A stretch of DNA of 64,000 nt, taken from the NCBI GenBank assembly GCA_012295275.1, contig CM022671.1, forward strand, positions 11,284,001-11,348,000, written 5' to 3'. The position numbers and the translations under genes were made by a program. The notes under the pieces were generated by a model that worked only from the letters and a program-made list of their open reading frames with translations, was not told where the DNA came from and did no database searches. Shown in pieces: positions 55,901-64,000 of this stretch (position 1 is its first letter; every line of letters begins with the position of its first letter). This DNA is from Chrysomallon squamiferum (Eukaryota; Animalia; Mollusca).

Positions 55901-57936
55901 TTTCTGACATTTGCCATTATGTATGACACCTGACTGATTTCAGGAAAGATGGAAGATGTTTTTAAAAGTCCAGTATTTTAGTCAATGTTTTCTTTTAAGT
56001 TGTTTTAGCAAAACTAAATATTCAGTTCATGACAATATTGAAACTGGTATTTGCTTGTAATGCGAGAGATATAAGTGACAAATTAATATGCACATTTAAA
56101 GGGACTAAGACTTAATTGCTCACTTTTTTCAGTAACGTTTGAAGCTTTTATTCTTCTTCTTTTTTTCTTTCTATAATTATATTGCAAATAATGTTTAATG
56201 CATTTAATGAAAATAATATTTATATTTGACTGATGAAATATATGAGTGTCAGTGATGATGCTGTTGTGTGTGTAGTTGCAGGAAAGATTAGCTGCTAGAA
56301 GACAGGCTAGGAGAAAAACAGTAGAAAATGAGCGTGGTGATGAAAGTGGATCTAGCATCAAGGATCCTTTAGCTGTAAGTTTTCAGTGGCTTAATGAATG
56401 AATGAATGAATGAAGTGAAATGAAATTAAATGAATTAATTAAAGTTTAACCTTAAACATACTGGATTTAGATATAAAACATACATTAATGTGCTAAGTGT
56501 AAATTACTAAGCCACTTTAAAATTTATAAAAATAAAATCAACCAACTTGATACATTAGAACAGAAATTCTAGTAAAGAATATTGGTTGAAAAATGATAAA
56601 AGACTAAACTGTTGATACATCATAGCAGTAAAATTTCAACACTCTGTAATTTATAAAAAAAAAAAATATTTTAAATGTTAAAAAGTAAAAATATAAAATA
56701 GATAAAACAAAAGAATATTAATGTCTCCATAAGCTGAGTATTCATTATTTATAAACTGGTTTTTCTACAATATAACAATGAGAATATATAACGTCTTGCC
56801 CTACAGGGAAATCTGTTTCAACGTGAGAAGTCTTTGGTGAATTTTGAGGTGTCTGAGGATGAAAAACGAATGACCACTCAGCGTCTGATCAACCAGCAGA
56901 TGAATTTACACACCAGACTCAAACAAGACCAGGACAGACAAGAACAACTGGTAAAGTCTACTTATTGTCTATAAATTCCAAATTATTCACAAAGTTTATT
57001 CTAACATAAACTATCATGTTATCCAGTATTTCCCATAGTGTAAGAATATGCCATCCAACTTACCAGACATGTTTACATTAACCTCTTGTTAAGAATCTGA
57101 AATGTACTGTGTAATATATCAAGAATATATATTCTGATCTGTTAAGAATAGTGTAATCTATTAAAAATATATTACATTGCATATTAACATAAAATCTATT
57201 ACTGTTAATAAAAAAAAATTCAAAAAATATTTCACAGTAATAATTTTTGAATTTGTCTCAAATTTTTAATACTTTATCTGTTTGGTTTTATTTTTTGTTT
57301 CAGTAATTTTTTTTGTAAAAACAACAAGTAAATGAGTCAATATTTTGTATATAATTTCAGATACAACAACGTCTTCAAGCAAGAAAGGGAAAGAGACAAC
57401 ATGAAGTTTCTGAACTTCTTGATCTTGGAGAAAGACAGAAGACAATTCTTGTAAAGTCTAAACAGGTAAGTTAACATCAGATGTGTTCATTGCAAGTATT
57501 GTGTATAAAACACCCTCTTTTTTTTTAGGTGTTTTAGACTCCAAAAGTAAGGGTCCATATTATGTCCATATATAGAACAAAAAAGATGGAGGTTGCAAAA
57601 CAGTTTTAACTATAGAAAATAGTTATCCCGAACTTATAATTTCTGATTGTGTTACAGCCACTGGAATATTTAAGCTTAATGTGATAAAGCCAAGTTTACA
57701 CTTTGCTCTGTTGAGAGAGACTTGCTATTGTTTAATTAGGAGACTGATTGTTTTGTATTTGCCAGGACGAGTTAGAAAGACAGAAGTCACTGTTGCTTAA
57801 GAGGGTGGCGAGAGTTAAACATGAACGTTCCATTACCTCAGGGGGCTCCTCCGCACACTCAGACAGCATTTCTGGCTTCACTGAAGATGAAGAACACACA
57901 AAGAATGAAAAGATAGATGAGTCGGCTCAGCAATAG
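32485..57936 (+). CDS. Large uncharacterised protein (~2545 aa): N-terminal EF-hand domain plus five ~400-aa alpha-helical/coiled-coil repeat modules; 45 coding exons
   Basis: Exons joined by hand with consistent phases and no stop: 32485-33021, 33285-33361, 34022-34203, 34515-34787, 35064-35292, 35779-35959, 36075-36258, 36429-36583, 37073-37284, 37551-37665, 38049-38118, 38410-38647, 39060-39181, 39551-39754, 41368-41552, 41977-42102, 42688-42940, 44049-44165, 44418-44571, 44851-44983, 45368-45542, 46277-46473, 46997-47191, 47570-47693, 47980-48093, 48522-48637, 48893-49065, 49351-49564, 49947-50096, 50245-50400, 50683-50892, 51206-51368, 51731-51903, 52077-52297, 52618-52766, 53144-53280, 53849-54017, 54406-54548, 54792-54963, 55239-55312, 55678-55830, 56282-56374 (or 56276), 56807-56950, 57361-57465, 57766-57936; total 7638 nt. 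All introns GT-AG except one GC-AG. Confidence 0.92.
33485..33960 (+). repeat. Degenerate ~75-bp intronic minisatellite (about 6-7 copies)
   Basis: Recurring ATAGGCT(A/G)TAATA(T/C)TATATAA(T/C)..AGA and CACTATTTTCAGTTTTT motifs near 33552, 33628, 33708, 33850 and 33927. Confidence 0.65.
40122..41396 (+). repeat. ~66-bp minisatellite (~20 units) comprising the intron-14 3' splice site plus the start of exon 15
   Basis: Unit GTGTGTATTTTGTTTGTGTTTAAGTTAATGTTTCTGTTTTTTTCACCAG|ATGACCGGGATGAATAT; 18 copies carry AG+ATGAC(C/T)GGGATGAA, two units are truncated; the last copy runs into exon 15. Confidence 0.97.
43331..44071 (+). repeat. 51-bp minisatellite (14 acceptor copies) comprising the intron-17 3' splice site plus the start of exon 18
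   Basis: Unit TGTTATTTGTTAAATAG|GCAGTGATACAGTTTTAATGGAACTAGAGGTAAA; exact 51-bp period from 43590 to 44049, irregular copies at 43460-43570; the last copy runs into exon 18. Confidence 0.97.
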
Positions 57937-60507
57937 ATGTTTAAAGAGGAAGATGAAAAGGTGCTTATCTTTGAATGTTTATTTTTGATTTTCATCAATA
58001 TAAGAAGAGTACAGTTGTAAATATCAGAAAAATAATGATAATAATGTTTATATAATTCCTTGAAAAATCAAGGTAAATGAACATTCCATTGAAATGATGT
58101 TATTTTTTTATGATCATATGTGATAAGAGGAAGTTGATGATTTATCAAAACTGCCCCCAAAAGAAAAAAAATTAAATTTTTCATAATGAGATGATTTATT
58201 AACAATTTGTTTTAGAATCGTTTTTTTTTTTTTAATTATTTTTGGTAAATTATTTAAATGAATTTTATTTTATTTATTAGCTTATAAAGCATTGTACATA
58301 AGTAAATAGTGAAAAAACAACATTTCTTGAAATATTATTTTCAATATTATCTTCTTTATGACATTTTTTCCTTTGTTTAAAAAATAAAAAATATTTCATT
58401 TCAGATATATTCAAAGAGAGTATTGGATGACAGTGTTTAAAACCAAAAAATAAAATAAATGTGGAATAAAAAATCTGAAAACAGAATCAAAGAACTGCGA
58501 TAGTGATAATCAATAACTGAAAAAAACATTTTGTTGTGTATTTCTTACCATGTCGCTGGTTCGACAAGTTCTTTTTGTTTTTGTTCAAATTTAGTATTTT
58601 GCCATGTTCTCAGATATGAAGATACTATATGTGTGCTTTTTTAACCATGAACTTTCAGGTGTGGATTATGCTTTACATAAGGAGGTATTTCCAAAACCAT
58701 ATATAAATGTGTATAATTTTAAATTATAAATTTTAAAGTGTTTATCTGTGCATCTTTTTGCAAACCAAACTGAGAAGCTGGCATCCAGTTCAGCTTGAAT
58801 ATCATTCTGAGCAAGAGACATTGAATTTATGTAGACATCAAGTTAATTTGTTTGTTTTGTGTTTTTGTATCTGGGAAGGTTTCCATGCAACTGAAAATAT
58901 CCCCTGATTCTATCATATTAACACAGTTTGTTGATCTGTCTTTTTCTGTTATCTCCCTTAACCAGGTTTTTCACATTTATGCTTTAGATAACCATTTTGT
59001 ACAATTTTTTTTTTTTTAATATATTTTTTATAAACTTAATTTATTTCAGTATATTTTTATATATATTGTGAAACTAACAAGTATATTTATAAGTAGAATT
59101 ACATGGTTCCGTGTGGGATGTTTTAATCTGTGTTTCATGTGGAATGTTTATTTTATTAATTTTAATTTTTTACTTTTAGGTGGAGGTTTCATTAACATTT
59201 GTTTTGTTGTTATTGTTTGTTGGGGTTTTTTTTGGGGGGGTTGTTGTAGTTTTGTTTCATTTGTATTGTTTTTGTTTACTTTTCTTTTTTATAATACTGA
59301 AGTTGTAATACTGTATTTATTCAAAATATAAACTGTCCAGAAACTAAAACAAAGACTAATTTAAAATAAAATAAAAGTTATTTATATATATGCATTAATA
59401 TTAACAGGAGTAAGTATTATTTGTCCCTTTTTTTTAAATCTAATTAATACAGATGAAATATGATCTGAGTAAGAATTATTTCATTGAATGTGACGTTATT
59501 TTATACATTAATATTTTTAAATGTGAAAAAGAAAATCTGTTACATTTTAAAACAGATGTATTGAGAATGACTCACATAAAAATATGTACTGTCTGTGATA
59601 AATTATTATATTTTTTACTCAGTGTGATAATCTAAAGATAATCTAAACGTTTGTATTCACTGTTAATAGCCTGTGATGTGATGTGCCTATTACTGTGATG
59701 TTCTTTTTCTACAAATAAAAAAATATGCTTTAACTATGATGGTGTCGTCATTCTTTGTTATACCTACGAGAAAACAGGTATTTTTGAATTTTATAAAATT
59801 AATGTTTTGGAATCATAAAAATAAAATTATCATCTTCTATGAATTTGTTATAGCTGTTATGTCAGTAGGCCTGTGTGTGTGTGTGTGAGTGTGTGTGTTT
59901 GGGTGGATGATTATTGCCTTGTATTTATAATATGACAACACTGAAAAATTATTTTACGGTATATTACCAAGAGTCATGTTTCCAAGCAACATTTACTGAA
60001 CAAGTATTTGTAATAAAATAATGGGAATATTCCCTTTGATATAAATCAAAATTTCAGGAAATAATGATTATGGTGTAAACAACTTTTGTAGAAGGTCGTC
60101 ATCAATTCCCACTGCATTCCATTATCATTAATAAAAAGGAAATCAACCATTTAAAAGTTAATTATTTATCTACAGCTATTTCTTTGTGTAATGAAAAGTA
60201 ATTATTAGAAATGAAACTTCTTCATATATTATTCACTATCAGATGTTTTGTCATGACCAGTTATGAATGTTTATTTTGATAAGCTTCTGTGAAGAACACT
60301 AGTAAATTATTTTATAGAGATTCCAGTATTTAACAATTTATATTCAATGTGAAAATGTCAGGCAATATCATGAGTACTAATTCTGCATTTCTGTTTATTG
60401 GTGTTGCCATTTTGTTACCGGTATATCATTAAATTTTAGATTTTGTTGTTTCATATTTTTTTATTTATTATAATAATAATAATAATAATTAAAAGGATGA
60501 AGAAGGG

Positions 60508-60540
<33 letters not shown>

Positions 60541-60551
60541 AAAGAAAAAAA
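60508..60551 (-). terminator. Pol III oligo-T terminator of the 7SL gene
   Basis: A-run on + strand (T-run on - strand) immediately after the 7SL 3' end. Confidence 0.8.
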
Positions 60552-60849
60552 GGAGGTATGAGTTCACCTATATTGGCCAGGCTACCAACCAGCGCCTATT
60601 CACAGGTGCGATCCCACTACTGCTCGACACGGGGACTTCTGCCTGCTGCGTTTCCGCCCTGGGCCGGTCCGTCCCTCCTTAGACAACCTGGTTACTCCCA
60701 CCTCCGCAGAAGAAACCATATTGATGCCAAGCTTAGTGCGGACACCCGATCGACATAGAACGCCAGAAGGCAGAACCCCTGACCTCAAAATGTCCAACAT
60801 ACCATGCCTCCAAGTAGCTGGATTACAGGAGCACGCCACAACTCCCAGC
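60551..60849 (-). ncRNA. 7SL: Signal recognition particle RNA (7SL), metazoan type
   Basis: Reverse complement starts GCTGGGAGTTGTGGCGTGCTCCTGTAATCCAGCTACTTGGAGGC (Alu domain). It contains GATCGGGTGTCCGCACTAAG, GGCATCAATATGGT, ACCAGGTTGTCTAAGGAGGG, helix 8 CCAGGGCGGAAACGCAGCAGG and CAGTAGTGGGATCGCACCTGTGAATAG, all matching recalled metazoan 7SL. Length ~299 nt, followed by an oligo-T run. Confidence 0.96.
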
Positions 60850-60865
60850 GGTAGAATGCACTGGG

Positions 60866-60882
60866 TTTTAATATATTTATAC
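60866..60882 (-). promoter_or_regulatory. TATA-like element upstream of 7SL
   Basis: TATAAATATATTAAAA on the - strand about 17-33 nt upstream of the 7SL 5' end; the region is AT-rich so specificity is low. Confidence 0.4.
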
Positions 60883-61916
60883 TCAAAGTAACGATGTTTT
60901 TGTTGGAATGTTATTTGCTTACTATTTATTTTATTTATTATATGTGATCCAATAACACTGAGTTAAATATTGTAATGTTGTATTTTCTTTAAATTTAAAA
61001 AAAGATAATAAAACCAAAAACGGAACGACAAATTAAATTTATCATTGTATTTCCGGTCTATATTTAGTTCGGAAGAATCCGTATAATATGGCGGAAAGAC
61101 GCGAATGACCTATTAAGAGTAATTTATAAAACCTGTCTTATAAAGATTGTAACAAATTCATCATTATGTTCTTTGCATGGTATGAATTTGTTAATTATAT
61201 TTCTACTAATATTAAAATTTAAGAATTAATTAGAAATACATAAACTCTATTTCATAACAATAAACATTTAAAAATTGAAACAGTCTGGCATTACGGTGCA
61301 TAAATTAGGCCTACACCTTAGTTTAGTTTCGGGAAATTCTTCTCTTTATTCCTTCTAAATATTTTTGATTTAATAATAATATAAATTTTAATAAGTATTC
61401 TTTTTATCTAGATAATAACTTCAGTTTAATTATTTAAATTTATAAGTATTTGTCGAAGAGGAAATAATCTATAATTTTTGTATAGTTTAAGTCTCGGCTA
61501 AAATTATCGATAGCTTTATAATGAGAACTTTACTCATTTTAAATTAAAAGAATAAGGGGGAAATAATAAAAAGAAATAAACGGATAAAATTAAGGTGCTT
61601 CTGTGAACTAACCTCGGAATGATAGAACATAAATAAATGTAGTAAACACAACATGTTTGTATTATTTGTATCTTTGGGAGTGTTTGTTGACAACCCCTTA
61701 TGCGAGTTAAGACATGAATGCGTTTTTATTATCGTTATTTCATTTTATGATTCATTTTACGTTTTAGGAATGACAATAGCAGGCTTATTCTGTCCACTCT
61801 TAAATAAAGTGTAATCTGATATTTCTCTGAACGAAGTAAAACCAGTGTCGTATGAAGTTATGGTATATTTAAACAAATTGCAGTCATATGAAAAATGTCA
61901 ATGAATTATTCAAATG

Positions 61917-61919
<3 letters not shown>

Positions 61920-61997
<78 letters not shown>
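61920..61997. repeat. (GA)n microsatellite
   Basis: Perfect run. Confidence 0.97.
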
Positions 61998-62001
<4 letters not shown>

Positions 62002-62645
62002 ATGTATATATAATGTTATGAATATATTCACGTTATATATGTTAAAGTTTATGTGCGAATTATTCGTATATCGACTTGACTGCTGTACTACTACCATGAC
62101 GTTTACCAAATCACAGTTCACTGTTTGGCAGAGGTTTCGATCGTATTAAGAATATAAGGTTAATACTTTAAAAAAAGATATGGGTAATTTATAACAAATA
62201 TTACAATATTAAAACCATTAAATTTGTTATCGATTTCCAAAAAATGTTTTGATAATACTGCAGTCCGTGCACAAAATCACACACACAGAATCTCACACAT
62301 ACGCAAACTCATACACACTGATAATGTTTCAAGTTGCTGTCATCTATTAAAACTAAATTCTGTAATTTCATTAATAACTGTATATTACGAGTTTCTCAAT
62401 TATGACAGTTTTGAACTATAAGCCTTTCTCGTTCAAGGATGCAACGCTTGTCTCAGTATTTCCTAATTCGCTTTTCCGAATGATAACTTCAACCTTTCAA
62501 GAGATCTTGAGTTTTATCACTGAAATAGTTTATCTTTTTAACCGGATGTAATTCTTCTTCTTCTGTTTTTATAATCTTTAATCCCAAACTGGGTCATTAA
62601 TATCTAAAAACACCAAGGGATATTCAAAATAATCGAATTTGTAGT

Positions 62646-62648
<3 letters not shown>

Positions 62649-62707
<59 letters not shown>

Positions 62708-62752
62708 ATAAAAATAATTAATGTTAAACCTTAATAATGCTGAACATTACAG

Positions 62753-62812
<60 letters not shown>
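62649..62812. repeat. (TC)n and (TA)n microsatellites
   Basis: TC run at about 62649-62705 and TA run at about 62754-62812. Confidence 0.95.
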
Positions 62813-62814
<2 letters not shown>

Positions 62815-64000
62815 ATCACAAATTTTTGTATCTAACCGACAATATATTCTATAGAAAATGCACTGTTCGGTTTCCTTGGTGGCATGATTAATACTGCATG
62901 ACTGTGTTTACGATAACTTTTCAGAGGAAATTATACTTAATTTTTCAGAACAAGCTGATAAGAGATAATTCACTAAAGTAAAGATAAACATCTCTATAAT
63001 TTAGTAATCTACATTATTCATTTATTGACACAAAATTAATATATTAAAGTTTGCATGATACAGCAACTTAATAAGTAAGTACAGATGTACTTCAAAACAG
63101 GCACAATGCAGTTTTAGCTCGTTAAAACGCCAAAATTATTTGAACTGTTATAATAGAAAGTTTAATACGATACATTTTACAGTGTATTGATTATGCGGTT
63201 AGGCTATTATTATTTTGTCCCACTACAGAATGAGTCGATATTTATTTGCACGATCGATTAAGAAAGTACAAAACATTGCGTGACCAGCTTTGCTGCACCT
63301 GTCCTTTTTTCTTTCTTCACTAAATCAAGCAAATTGCATATTAAATGAAAATCGGATTTATAGCTTCCAAAGTGCCGATTACTGTTTCTAAAGAAGTTCA
63401 TGAAACATAATGCTCAGCTTTTTGCTGCAATAATTCAAAATTTATTGTCCGTCCAGCTGACCGAAATGTAACAACTGATATCTAGTATATATTAAAGAAT
63501 AATATGCAAAAAACAACAACTATGGATTGAGACGTAAGCTAAAGGTTTTATAGATAGAGAGATAGATATCGTTTTCAAAGCAAACAATATAAATTTTTAA
63601 AATTTTCTGGCTCATAAATACAATTACAGACATATTTACCCTGAAATTGTAAACATTGGTCATAAGAAACAAGTACTGAAAAAACAGTTGAGTCATAAAC
63701 GCATATAGTTAAACATTTGATTTTGCCGCGCAACCCAGATAGTAAACATGTCCAAAATATGATTTAGTTTGCAGAAAAAATTCATATAAATCTAACAAAG
63801 TAATTAAGAAGATTAAAAACTAAGTTAAACAAAAACAACACATTTCTAAGTCAAAAATGATTTTAATTAAATCGTCTGAAATCAAACAAGACTGTTTACA
63901 CATCATAAATGACTTTTTTATCTTTTTTTTTCTTCATATAAACTTTAAAAATATTAACAATTCATACTTGTAATTAACAATCCTTAACGAAAAATAAAAA

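Noticed and set aside
32485-57936. Naming the large gene trichohyalin, golgin or EVC2
   Set aside because: Only generic E/K/R/Q-rich helical composition is shared; I cannot support orthology.
60443-60839. ORFs of 66-79 aa overlapping 7SL
   Set aside because: Incidental frames across a GC-rich RNA gene.
60760-60849. Alu/primate contamination
   Set aside because: The Alu-like 5' end continues into a complete, diverged S domain, so it is the native 7SL gene.

Overview
AT-rich, microsatellite-dense eukaryotic genomic DNA (invertebrate animal; mollusc-like by impression only, not established). Hand-built gene models: (1) a 45-coding-exon + strand gene (32485-57936, ~2545 aa) with N-terminal EF-hands followed by five ~400-aa helical repeat modules; (2) a 3-exon + strand gene absent from the ORF track (17640-21498) encoding a 112-aa two-transmembrane protein; (3) a full-length 7SL/SRP RNA gene on the - strand (60551-60849). 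The most unusual signal is two independent tandem arrays in the large gene (66-bp and 51-bp units). Each amplifies an intron 3' splice site together with the first codons of the next exon, so 17 and 13 near-identical decoy acceptors precede the real ones, and only the last copy gives an open frame. The first ~31 kb is mostly non-coding and relatively CpG-rich, with GC-rich hairpins, an E-box cluster, repeated CRE palindromes and a few candidate minus-strand exons. All models are by-eye readings without transcript or database support.
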